In this document: positions 25,547 to 32,800 of the stretch, one piece after another | Layout of the letters: the number at the start of each line of letters is the position of its first letter | How positions within the stretch are numbered: the first letter of the stretch is position 1 | IMG/VR virus record: IMGVR_UViG_3300045988_021436 | Span: 1-54,857 of that record | Direction: 5' to 3' (one strand) | DNA length: 54,857 nt | Source of the DNA: a virus | Notes under the pieces: generated by a model | The model's database searches: none | What the model was told of the DNA's origin: nothing | What the model saw: the letters and a program-made list of their open reading frames with translations, nothing else | Program-made: the position numbers and the translations under genes

Positions 25547-26077
25547 TTATTCCACCTCTTTGTTGTGCTTACAATACACAAGCAAATGTTCCGCAATCTG
25601 CTCCAAATCTTCAATGTCATACTTTCTACATTCTATATTTCTATATTCGTATTTTTCATTTATCAGAAAATTTGCTACCTCAATTGCATCAAAAGGCAAT
25701 TCAACAGTTGAATTGTTTTCTTTTAATTCATCAGCCCCTACCACCCATAATGCACCATAATTACCTTTATCAAAGCTATCTCTTGCCGATTCTCTGCATC
25801 TCATGCGAATACTCTTTAATTTTTCTATATGTTTTTTGAGTTCTCTTATTTCATCTTTAAACACTTTATCGTGTTCCGTAAAATCAAGACTATCAAAAAC
25901 AATCCCGTAGCGTTTGCTTATTTCATCTTCTGTCATAACATCAGAATTGTACTCCGTATAATGCGCTGTAACACCGTTCAGTTTAAGAAGTTCACCTATT
26001 GATTTTGTAAAAGCAATTGCAACTTTATTGTCGTGACATTTTGCAAACTTATCAATAATCTCATCAACATTAGACAT
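25547..26077 (-). CDS. Hypothetical protein (176 aa)
   Basis: ORF with the RBS aaggggag. Confidence 0.45.
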   Translation of the reverse strand: MSNVDEIIDKFAKCHDNKVAIAFTKSIGELLKLNGVTAHYTEYNSDVMTEDEISKRYGIVFDSLDFTEHDKVFKDEIRELKKHIEKLKSIRMRCRESARDSFDKGNYGALWVVGADELKENNSTVELPFDAIEVANFLINEKYEYRNIECRKYDIEDLEQIAEHLLVYCKHNKEVE

Positions 26078-26251
26078 ATTTTTTTCTCCCCTTTCTTATT
26101 TTGCCTGTATCGGAACGATTTATATTCCGATCGTCATTACTTTGCAAACAAGCAGCTTTGCCAACCGACACAGGCATACTTGAAATGTAGATGGTTGTAA
26201 GAAATTTTGCAGATTACCAACAACTGCATTTCTTTTTTGTTACATTTCAAA

Positions 26252-26336
26252 CGCAGTGTATAGGAATCGAACCTATTCGCCCTTTCGAATGGCTACCGGT
26301 TAGCAACCGGACACATTACCTCTCTGTCAACACTGC
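26252..26336 (-). tRNA. tRNA-Ser (anticodon GCU), type II with a long variable arm
   Basis: Folded by hand. Acceptor GCAGTGT/ACACTGC, anticodon loop TTGCTAA, variable arm about 17 nt, T arm ATAGG-TTCGATT-CCTAT. Total 85 nt. No encoded CCA. Confidence 0.75.
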
Positions 26337-26694
26337 AAACGGGATTTTTATTCAGAATCCCATAACTGATATACATTTGAATTTTGGTTGGATTAACGCA
26401 CCAACCATACGGATTTTCACGTCTTTTCTGACTAAGACAGTGCTTAGATGTTGTGCAAGCCGCTATTGCCGATGCAGATTTCCTGTGGAATATAATCCAA
26501 AATTAACAGTTGCATTACACCGCCTATTGCGATTCTTTTAATTGCCTAAAGAGGGGTGACAATTTGGGTAACTACCGCAATTAAACCCGAACCCCACCGA
26601 ACCTTGCGACGGTTCTTAACAGCTTTCCGCTAGTGGGTACTTGGGAGGAGCATATGAAAAATGCCCAATCGGGTGTCGGCTAAGAACACCCGCA
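26337..26694 (-). ncRNA. ORF-free, hairpin-dense region of about 358 nt between two tRNAs: candidate structured ncRNA of unknown class
   Basis: No credible ORF on the gene strand. Perfect local stems at 26341-46/26356-61, 26386-91/26401-06, 26599-603/26611-15, 26641-45/26664-68 and 26671-76/26686-91. The region is GC-richer than its flanks. Confidence 0.5.
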
Positions 26695-26766
26695 CAGGGG
26701 TAGACGGACTCGAACCGCCAATAACAAGAATCAAAATCTTGCGCCTTACCGTTTGGCAATACCCCT
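26695..26766 (-). tRNA. tRNA-Gln (anticodon UUG)
   Basis: Folded by hand. Acceptor AGGGGTA/TACCCCT, D arm GCC-AAACGGTAA-GGC, anticodon arm CAAGA-TTTTGAT-TCTTG, T arm GGCGG-TTCGAGT-CCGTC. Total 72 nt. The layout closely parallels E. coli tRNA-Gln. Confidence 0.85.
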
Positions 26767-26772
26767 AGCTTA

Positions 26773-27180
26773 TTATGCGAATGGCAACTCGTCTTCAATT
26801 CCATCCGGAATATTCATGAAGCCATCACTTGACGGTTTACTATTTGAATTGCCGCTATCACTCTTGCTTTGTGCAAACTCTACATTTTCAGCAAATACAT
26901 CTGTTGTATAAACCTTGTTTCCGTCCTTGTTTGTATAACTTCCTGTCTGAATGTGACCGTCAAGCGCAATCATATCTCCTTTGTGGAAATACTTCTCTAC
27001 AAACTCTGCCGTCTTTCCCATTGCTACACAATTAGGGAAGTCTGCTTCATACTGACCGTTTGTCTTAAACTTTCTGTTTATCGCAAGGCTAAATCTTGCC
27101 GTACATGTATTCTTCTCATTGTTTGCATATCTAATCTCTGGATCTCTTGTAAGTCTGCCAACTAAAACAACTTTATTCAT
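26773..27180 (-). CDS. ssb: Single-stranded DNA-binding protein
   Basis: MNKVVLVGRLTRDPEIRY... OB fold with an acidic tail DGIEDELPFA. Confidence 0.9.
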   Translation of the reverse strand: MNKVVLVGRLTRDPEIRYANNEKNTCTARFSLAINRKFKTNGQYEADFPNCVAMGKTAEFVEKYFHKGDMIALDGHIQTGSYTNKDGNKVYTTDVFAENVEFAQSKSDSGNSNSKPSSDGFMNIPDGIEDELPFA

Positions 27181-27260
27181 TGCTTTCTATTCTCCTTTAT
27201 TTCAATTCAAAACACTGTTATTGAGTATTTATACCTTTTTTGCTTTAAAATGTCTTAAAA

Positions 27261-27512
27261 TCAATTCTGCGATGTTTCAGCACTATTAGAATTGTCTATC
27301 AATTCCATGTATTTATCCAAATACCATTTTGCTTTCCGCAAATCCTCTTCTCCGTTCTTCATATTGTGCCGGTATATGTACTTGAACGCATTGCATACAC
27401 AAAAGTTCTTTGTTGCTTCAATCCCTTGCGTTTCTATCATCACATCTATGCACTCAGATTTCCCTGTCTCATAATGCGACGGATGATTTACGTTATCATG
27501 TTCTTTTTCCAT
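27261..27512 (-). CDS. DUF3310 family protein
   Basis: HPSHYETGKSECIDVMIE...NAFKYIYRHNMKNGEEDLRKAKWYL matches the family pattern. Confidence 0.75.
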   Translation of the reverse strand: MEKEHDNVNHPSHYETGKSECIDVMIETQGIEATKNFCVCNAFKYIYRHNMKNGEEDLRKAKWYLDKYMELIDNSNSAETSQN

Positions 27513-27666
27513 TTAACTTCTCCCTGTGCCTTAATTGGCATTTCACCATTTCTGTCATATTGCTACGCCTTTGACCGATTGCGTGTCCTTGTCTTGTCAA
27601 TTGGCAAAACAGAACATCTCCACAACGTTCACATTCATCTTTTATCTCTACTCCGGATAATTTCAT
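27496..27666 (-). CDS. Small hypothetical protein (56 aa)
   Basis: Its ATG overlaps the MazG stop (TGATG) and its end overlaps the next start. It is below the ORF-track cutoff. Confidence 0.35.
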   Translation of the reverse strand: MKLSGVEIKDECERCGDVLFCQLTRQGHAIGQRRSNMTEMVKCQLRHREKLNGKRT

Positions 27667-28043
27667 CAAACATCATCCTTTGCTCTGTGATTAGCACGGT
27701 ATGTGTCAAATCCATCCGGGTAACGTGCTACTAATTTGTCTACATTCGTCTGCATTACATCATTAAGCGAAAAGCCAAATGATTCACACATCATTGCCAC
27801 GTACCACATTACATCTCCGATTTCTTTCTTGACATGACCTTTATCAAGTGGTGTGTTGTGGAAAATCCATTTCTTAATCATGTCGTTTAATTCTCCAACC
27901 TCACCGGATAATCCTAATGCTGCATTTACAATTCCGCCCATGTCCTGAAAATCCGAAAACACATCACAAGATCTTTCCAATCTTTCTGTTGCTTTTCCGT
28001 CATTGGTTCTCATTGCTAATTTTTGATAATCATTTCCTGTCAT
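27666..28043 (-). CDS. MazG-like nucleoside triphosphate pyrophosphohydrolase
   Basis: YQKLAMRT...GLSGEVGELNDMIKK...KKEIGDVMWYVAMM matches the MazG EEXXE/D-type motifs. Confidence 0.8.
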   Translation of the reverse strand: MTGNDYQKLAMRTNDGKATERLERSCDVFSDFQDMGGIVNAALGLSGEVGELNDMIKKWIFHNTPLDKGHVKKEIGDVMWYVAMMCESFGFSLNDVMQTNVDKLVARYPDGFDTYRANHRAKDDV

Positions 28044-28168
28044 TTACTCTGTTCCTCCGAAGCCCAATTAATCAACCTTACACCAACTGCAAAACTGCAT
28101 ACGCATATAACCCACATTGGTGCAGAAATTTTAATCAGCAAATACAAAATCATTATGTATGCTAACAT
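28040..28168 (-). CDS. Small hydrophobic peptide (42 aa)
   Basis: MLAYIMILYLLIKISAPMWVICVCSFAVGV... with the RBS aaagggga. Its stop overlaps the MazG ATG. Confidence 0.35.
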   Translation of the reverse strand: MLAYIMILYLLIKISAPMWVICVCSFAVGVRLINWASEEQSK

Positions 28169-28219
28169 GTTTAATCCCCTTTCTTAATCGTTACTCTTTT
28201 TTATTTTTGGAAAATTTTT

Positions 28220-28266
28220 GAATTTTATCTTTCGTAGAATTTTTAGAAATTTTATCTTTTGTAGAA
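28220..28266. repeat. Two imperfect 20/21-bp direct repeats GAA(A)TTTTATCTTT(C/T)GTAGAA
   Basis: Copies at 28220-28239 and 28246-28266, in an intergenic region. Confidence 0.8.
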
Positions 28267-28269
28267 AAC

Positions 28270-28434
28270 CTATTCATCTAGGTATATGATTCTTCTCATT
28301 CGACTTCTTTTGCTTATAAAGTCTATTTCTCTTTTTGTCCGAAATGCTACTAGCCAATTATCTTCGTTCAGGCAATGGTCTGATAGTATTTCTTTTTCTT
28401 CCTCTGTTGGTAATCTTGGGTATTCATCTTTCAT
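28270..28434 (-). CDS. Small hypothetical protein (54 aa)
   Basis: ATG after gaggtg. It is below the ORF-track cutoff. Confidence 0.35.
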   Translation of the reverse strand: MKDEYPRLPTEEEKEILSDHCLNEDNWLVAFRTKREIDFISKRSRMRRIIYLDE

Positions 28435-28447
28435 TAGATCACCTCAA

Positions 28448-28654
28448 TCATTTACCGTTTCCAGATTTGAATATTGTTGACAATAAGCACATAATCAACC
28501 AAATCCCTACAGCTACCGACCATTTAAACTTTAACCCAAAGCAAATAGTAATAAGCTTTATAATTCCACACGTTACAACAAGGCTTAATACACAACTAAT
28601 TATCAATAAAACAATTGTTAATACAATTACAGATAATGTTTTTTTATTGTTCAT
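28448..28654 (-). CDS. Small membrane protein (two TM segments)
   Basis: LSVIVLTIVLLIISCVLSLVVTCGIIKLITICF and WSVAVGIWLIMCLLSTIF. Confidence 0.5.
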   Translation of the reverse strand: MNNKKTLSVIVLTIVLLIISCVLSLVVTCGIIKLITICFGLKFKWSVAVGIWLIMCLLSTIFKSGNGK

Positions 28655-29020
28655 AAACTCACTCCTTATAATTATTTATGCATATAATATTATTTATTGT
28701 ATCTATTGTTATGTTGGTTAGTGTTATATGTATTGTTATATAATATAGCCTTTTTGTTTTTGAGAATATTTGGGGTGCTTAGTAGCAGCTCTACCAACTG
28801 CATATATAACCCCCTCCGCCCTGCTGATCTGTTCCGGTTTGGGACCTGTTCGGCTGCATCATGAATTGTGTTTAAATTGTAAACTATTTAGACAATTTAT
28901 TGCTGTTTGTATCTAACTATTCGCAAAACCCTCGTTTTCCGCAAAGTTAAACCGTGCTTATATACCTCAAATCCTTGTATTTCCTAGCTTTCTAAATTGT
29001 GTATAAATATATACAATTCG

Positions 29021-29644
29021 CTACTGTTCTATAACTGGCAATGATTCGGAATTGTCTATTGATTTCGTACAGTTCAATTGAGGTAGTGCGTCAGCGGTTA
29101 GGGCTTCTTTCCGGCTTTCCTGTCTCACTCCTGGCATGTTCCAATGATGCACCTTGTTTAACTTCGGTAATATCTTCATCGGATTATTCCGCCGGTCTTT
29201 CATCAAATTGAATAAAGATTCTTCGTTATCGTCCATTATTTTTTGTCGCAAGTCGGAACGCTGCGAACTTAGCGCCCCACTCTCCCACTCGTACAATGTT
29301 TGCTTTCCTATCCCGATCATGTCACAGAATCCCTTTTGACTAATCTCTTGACAATGATTATTACATAATCTCTTATATATATATTCATATACATATATTA
29401 CCCTATCTATATCATAGTCATTATATAATGCGTTATCTTTTTTTAATAACTTATTACATGGATTAAATAGCTTAACATTTAACTCCGTTATAATATCACT
29501 CCATATGCTAGGATATATATCTCTTTCGTCAATATCATATCTTTCACAATATGATTTTACTATATCGGCGGCTACTGCCGGCATATCTTCTACACAAGTA
29601 ATAGCCATTGAATATTCACTATCCGGATATTTTACTTTCGACAT
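29021..29644 (-). CDS. terS: Terminase small subunit-like protein
   Basis: ...ISQKGFCDMIGIGKQTLYEWESG...IMDDNEESLFNLMKDRRNNPMKILPKLNKVHHWNM follows the HTH plus '...NP...LKN..GW' layout of Terminase_2-type small subunits. It has an unusual N-terminal extension of about 100 aa. Confidence 0.55.
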   Translation of the reverse strand: MSKVKYPDSEYSMAITCVEDMPAVAADIVKSYCERYDIDERDIYPSIWSDIITELNVKLFNPCNKLLKKDNALYNDYDIDRVIYVYEYIYKRLCNNHCQEISQKGFCDMIGIGKQTLYEWESGALSSQRSDLRQKIMDDNEESLFNLMKDRRNNPMKILPKLNKVHHWNMPGVRQESRKEALTADALPQLNCTKSIDNSESLPVIEQ

Positions 29645-29705
29645 CTTGCCGCCTCCTATTCTTGCCTGCCGAGATTGGTAGACAAATTTTTCTTGTTTTC
29701 CGAGA

Positions 29706-29742
29706 AATTAAAAAGCCCACAGAATAACTTATATCCTGTGAG
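29706..29742 (-). terminator. Intrinsic terminator/attenuator in the leader upstream of terS
   Basis: Minus-sense CUCACAG, a 13-nt loop, and CUGUGGG (one G-U pair), followed by CUUUUUAAUUU. Confidence 0.6.
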
Positions 29743-29941
29743 CGTGTAGCTTGTTCCTGATCTCTTGCCGGTCTTGCTCCTATCCGTCTACTTGCTGCGG
29801 CTCCTGATCTGATCACCGGCTTTTCAGAGAACCTACAAGCGACTTTCTACGGCTTAATATAATATATATAATGGTATTTGTCAAGCATATATTTATAATG
29901 TCTATATAGGGCATATAATAGCCATATATCTATATATATTA

Positions 29942-29978
29942 AAAGAGATAGCCATATATTAAATATAACTATCTCTTT
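29942..29978. terminator. Hairpin with a 10-bp stem ending the RHH operon
   Basis: AAAGAGATAG (29942-51) / CTATCTCTTT (29969-78), flanked by A/T runs. Confidence 0.6.
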
Positions 29979-30038
29979 CTAATTGAATCCCTAGATTCAC
30001 TGCTCTTATAATATATACTAATATCTATATAATGTCAA

Positions 30039-30206
30039 CTACTCTTCTTCGTCCACTTCCACAATCTCGTAAAAATCCGGTGTATAATCGCCGTTTTCCT
30101 TGTCCTCCTCCTCAAATCGTTCAAGTTCCTCCAGTGCTTCTTCGTAGTTGCTAAACACGTCAAAGTCTGTAATTCCTGCCTCTCGATCTCTTAATATATA
30201 CTTCAT
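30039..30206 (-). CDS. Small very acidic protein (55 aa)
   Basis: MKYILRDREAGITDFDVFSNYEEALEELERFEEEDKENGDYTPDFYEIVEVDEEE with the RBS aaaggtgga. It is below the ORF-track cutoff. Confidence 0.45.
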   Translation of the reverse strand: MKYILRDREAGITDFDVFSNYEEALEELERFEEEDKENGDYTPDFYEIVEVDEEE

Positions 30207-30233
30207 AATGTCCACCTTTCCTTTCTTTTAAAT

Positions 30234-30746
30234 TTATAAATTTATAGTTACTCCGTTTTCATCCGCATCATAAGACAATATTTTTTCGTGCATCACATAC
30301 GGATTTCCCTTCTTCAGCTCTTCATATGTTCCAGCAAATCCCTGTACATCTCCGTAATATATCTCTATGATGTAGTCGCTTTTTGCTCCATCCAGGAATT
30401 CTTCCAATGTCGGCTTGTTTGCCCGTTCTTTCTCGTATCTTATGGCATCCCTCAACGCTTCCAGCGTTACATAATCTTTGCCGCAGCAAAAGTATTCATC
30501 ACATGTATCATTCGCGATGCTTTCTAGCTCCTTGATTGCTTTTTCTCTTTTGGCTATGTACTTCTCGTCTACTTCTTTGTATCTGACAAGATCATATGCA
30601 TCACAGAAGCACATTTTACTAATTAGTGCCGTCTCAATCTGATCCTTGATCTCCCAAGGCTTTTCCGTGTTCTTTTCTAATTCCAGGAAATACTTTTCCC
30701 GGCTATAAGCCGTTTTGATTGTGAATACTATTGATTTAGTTTCCAT
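30234..30746 (-). CDS. Hypothetical protein (170 aa)
   Basis: ORF with the RBS aagggaagtga. No recognizable motif. Confidence 0.5.
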   Translation of the reverse strand: METKSIVFTIKTAYSREKYFLELEKNTEKPWEIKDQIETALISKMCFCDAYDLVRYKEVDEKYIAKREKAIKELESIANDTCDEYFCCGKDYVTLEALRDAIRYEKERANKPTLEEFLDGAKSDYIIEIYYGDVQGFAGTYEELKKGNPYVMHEKILSYDADENGVTINL

Positions 30747-30780
30747 GTAATCACTTCCCTTTCTTGTTGATAGTGTTACT

Positions 30781-31271
30781 ATAACACGTTATCGTTATAT
30801 TGTCAACAAGAATTTTCAACTTTTATAAAAATGGACAATCTTCCTTTCCTTCTTGGCTTTCTAACTCTTCCAGACGATCAAGAACACATTTCGTAATGAA
30901 ACCATTTAGACTATCTCCCGCCGCTGATCTTATGCGCTCCTCGTCTGTCTTCTTAAATCTAACAAGCGTTTTGAAATATGCTTTTTCTTCATATTTGGAA
31001 GTGGCTCTAATATGCGCCGCTGATGTTTTTTTCTTTTCTTCCATGCTCTCTTCCTCCTATATAATGATATCGTGATTTACATTTAACACGATATCACAAT
31101 AACGCTATCGTGTCAACATATAACAACTTTCCTATATAATGATATCGTTATTTTCCTTTCAAAATTTTCTACCAATAATCCAAACTGTGCAATATGTACA
31201 ATAGATATAACGTTATCGTGTTATTATTTGTGCAACATTGGGGTATTGCGTATATAACGTTATCGTGTTAT
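30781..31271. promoter_or_regulatory. Array of at least 7 copies of a TATCGT/ACGATA-containing operator word flanking the RHH gene
   Basis: Exact 20-bp repeat atataacgttatcgtgttat at 31205-24 and 31252-71. Exact 18-bp repeat cctatataatgatatcgt at 31056-73 and 31131-48. Inverted pair acacgata...tatcgtgt at 31086-31112. A further copy ataacacgttatcgttat at 30781-98. Confidence 0.8.
30823..31044 (-). CDS. Ribbon-helix-helix (Arc/CopG-like) DNA-binding protein
   Basis: ...SAAHIRATSKYEEKAYFKTLVRFKKTDEERIRSAAGDSLNGFITKCVLDRLE shows a beta-strand-helix-helix pattern and is surrounded by repeated operator words. Confidence 0.55.
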   Translation of the reverse strand: MEEKKKTSAAHIRATSKYEEKAYFKTLVRFKKTDEERIRSAAGDSLNGFITKCVLDRLEELESQEGKEDCPFL

Positions 31272-31274
31272 AGT
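31246..31274 (+). promoter_or_regulatory. Promoter of the plus-strand operon, with an operator in the spacer
   Basis: TTGCGT (31246-51), a 17-nt spacer, and TATAGT (31269-74). The spacer is the 20-bp operator repeat. Confidence 0.55.
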
Positions 31275-31337
31275 TAATACATCGAAAGGAACAAACAACA
31301 AACCGGATTACCGGAGAATAAGAAAGGGGTTTTAACC

Positions 31338-31457
31338 ATGAAGAATTATAAAGTATATGTAAAAGGAATGTACACAGGAGAAATCGAACTACTTGCAAGC
31401 GAAGTTGTAGCAGTTGAAAGAGATTTCGAGATTAAACTTGTAGAAGTAAGCAAATAG
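31338..31457 (+). CDS. Small protein (39 aa)
   Basis: MKNYKVYVKGMYTGEIELLASEVVAVERDFEIKLVEVSK with the RBS gaaagggg. Confidence 0.4.
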   Translation: MKNYKVYVKGMYTGEIELLASEVVAVERDFEIKLVEVSK

Positions 31458-31595
31458 CATTTTATTTCTGACAATTCCATAATTAGCGGCTGACGTTGAC
31501 AAGATCGGCGGCGGTCGTTAGGTGGATAGCAGAATGTAGGAGCACATCAATTAAGTTAAAAGAAAGGAAGCGCAGAAAGGCGCAAGGTGGATATT

Positions 31596-31928
31596 ATGAG
31601 AAAATTAACAATTGCAGAGAAAAGAGAAAACGCTGTTATCGAGTTAGCAAGCCGTACAAATGGTAACATAGCATCAGCAAGAAAGGCAATGAATGCCTAT
31701 TATAGACTTTGTGGGTTAGAAGAAAGACTATTAATTCTTGAGAATGACGAAAGAACTTGTAACACTCCATACACAAGATCATTACAGGAGAAAGAAGAAA
31801 GAACCATCGAAAGAGTTAAGGGATATTTCAAAGAGTTCAACGCAATTCTTGTATGGTTTGGATATCTTCCGACTATTTGCGAGCCAGGAACCACACAAGA
31901 TTTATACCTGGCACATTTCTACAACTAA
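31596..31928 (+). CDS. Hypothetical protein (110 aa)
   Basis: ATG after aaggtgg. The ORF track starts 3 codons earlier at a GTG. Confidence 0.5.
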   Translation: MRKLTIAEKRENAVIELASRTNGNIASARKAMNAYYRLCGLEERLLILENDERTCNTPYTRSLQEKEERTIERVKGYFKEFNAILVWFGYLPTICEPGTTQDLYLAHFYN

Positions 31929-31975
31929 GCAAGCGCAGACGGTACGGCTCCGGGGTTCAAATCCCCGGCTTGCTT
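31928..31975 (+). ncRNA. tRNA-like acceptor/T-arm minihelix (no D or anticodon arms)
   Basis: AGCAAGC (31928-34) pairs with GCTTGCT (31968-74). An internal CGGGG-TTCAAAT-CCCCG forms a canonical T arm. The element overlaps the stop codon of the upstream gene. Confidence 0.45.
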
Positions 31976-32005
31976 TTACCCGGATAAACGGGATATAATC
32001 AAATT

Positions 32006-32599
32006 ATGAGGTGCTTTATGAAAAAATATATAAGACTTGGAGAAATCCCGGCGGACGGTAAGTCTGTCAATTTTTTAAAATTAACAAAAAATCAAAAAGA
32101 TAACTTCCGTTGTGCAAGCATTCCGGAAGAATGCAAAGAATGCGGAGTATCTGTTTTCGCGGATGGGAAAGACGGTATGCCTGTTTTTGAAAACTTGCGC
32201 CAAGTGTCATCGTTCTGCTGCCGGTATGGAAGCGAAAGAATATACGAAGTGACCGGCGAAGAGGTCGGAAGCGGTCAAGATAGCGAGCCGCTTCTTTCTG
32301 GCGTCGAGATAATAAAATCTCGCAGAATATCGGCAGAAAAGGCAAGAGCCTGTGTCCTTTCTTTTATGTGCCGGAATTTTAAAAATATACAGCCGGGAAG
32401 TGACCCAGATATTGACAAGTTGGGCTTTTTTCATTTTTATGAGGATGAGAGAATAAATATAATCACCGGTGAACGTGTGCCGTCTTTCGCCGCTTGCGGT
32501 TCGGAATGGGTAAAGGTGCCGGGGCGTGACGTTTACACCGTTTGCGGCTGGACATTCTCCGATCCGGTTCCGGGGTTAGATGTGCGACTTGGGATTTAA
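32006..32599 (+). CDS. Hypothetical protein (193-197 aa), GC-rich codon usage
   Basis: ORF with two candidate ATGs (32006 and 32018, the latter after gaggtg). No recognized motif. Confidence 0.5.
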   Translation: MRCFMKKYIRLGEIPADGKSVNFLKLTKNQKDNFRCASIPEECKECGVSVFADGKDGMPVFENLRQVSSFCCRYGSERIYEVTGEEVGSGQDSEPLLSGVEIIKSRRISAEKARACVLSFMCRNFKNIQPGSDPDIDKLGFFHFYEDERINIITGERVPSFAACGSEWVKVPGRDVYTVCGWTFSDPVPGLDVRLGI

Positions 32600-32659
32600 T
32601 TCCAGGGCGTAAAATCATTCCGATCATTTTCTCGTTTCGCGAGATTGGTAGCCGTTTTT

Positions 32660-32695
32660 TTCTTGCTATGCAAGAATAATATTTTGTGGTTTATT
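32660..32695 (+). terminator. Intrinsic terminator of the plus-strand operon
   Basis: TTCTTGC-tat-GCAAGAA (32660-76) followed by a T-rich tract. Confidence 0.6.
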
Positions 32696-32800
32696 TTTAT
32701 TTGTTTTTTAAATAGGCAACCCGTAAGCCTATTATTATCTAAAAATCGAAATTTAGGGCGAAATACGACCTTGTAGCGGTATTTTCTGCCCGTCTGCACC

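Noticed and set aside
26252-26766. Stop-codon reassignment or suppressor tRNAs, as seen in some gut phages.
   Set aside because: The two tRNAs have ordinary anticodons (UUG and GCU). Genes end cleanly with all three stop codons. The in-frame TAG in the MBL gene is followed a few codons later by TAA and is explained by a 2-nt indel.
26191-26804. ORF-track entries 26191..26541 (+) and 26616..26804 (-) in the tRNA region.
   Set aside because: They overlap the two hand-folded tRNAs and the hairpin-dense spacer. They have no RBS and an odd amino-acid composition, so an RNA-gene interpretation fits better.
28771-28815. A possible third tRNA, suggested by the AGTTGGTAGAGC-like D-arm sequence on the minus strand.
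   Set aside because: Only a D-arm-like hairpin is present. No acceptor stem, anticodon arm or T arm can be built around it. It is mentioned only as part of the terS-flanking structured patch.
29670-29694. A 25-nt similarity (21/25 identical, including an exact GAGATTGGTAG) between 29670-29694 and 32641-32665, considered as direct repeats marking the island boundaries.
   Set aside because: A rough estimate suggests a few such matches are expected by chance in a 55-kb AT-rich genome. The second copy overlaps an ordinary terminator, and there is no recombinase or target-site logic.
29619-29816. The 65-aa Arg-rich ORF overlapping the terS leader.
   Set aside because: It has no RBS, it spans the predicted terminator hairpin, and its composition (AAASRRIGARPARDQ) is typical of a chance frame through GC-rich non-coding RNA.
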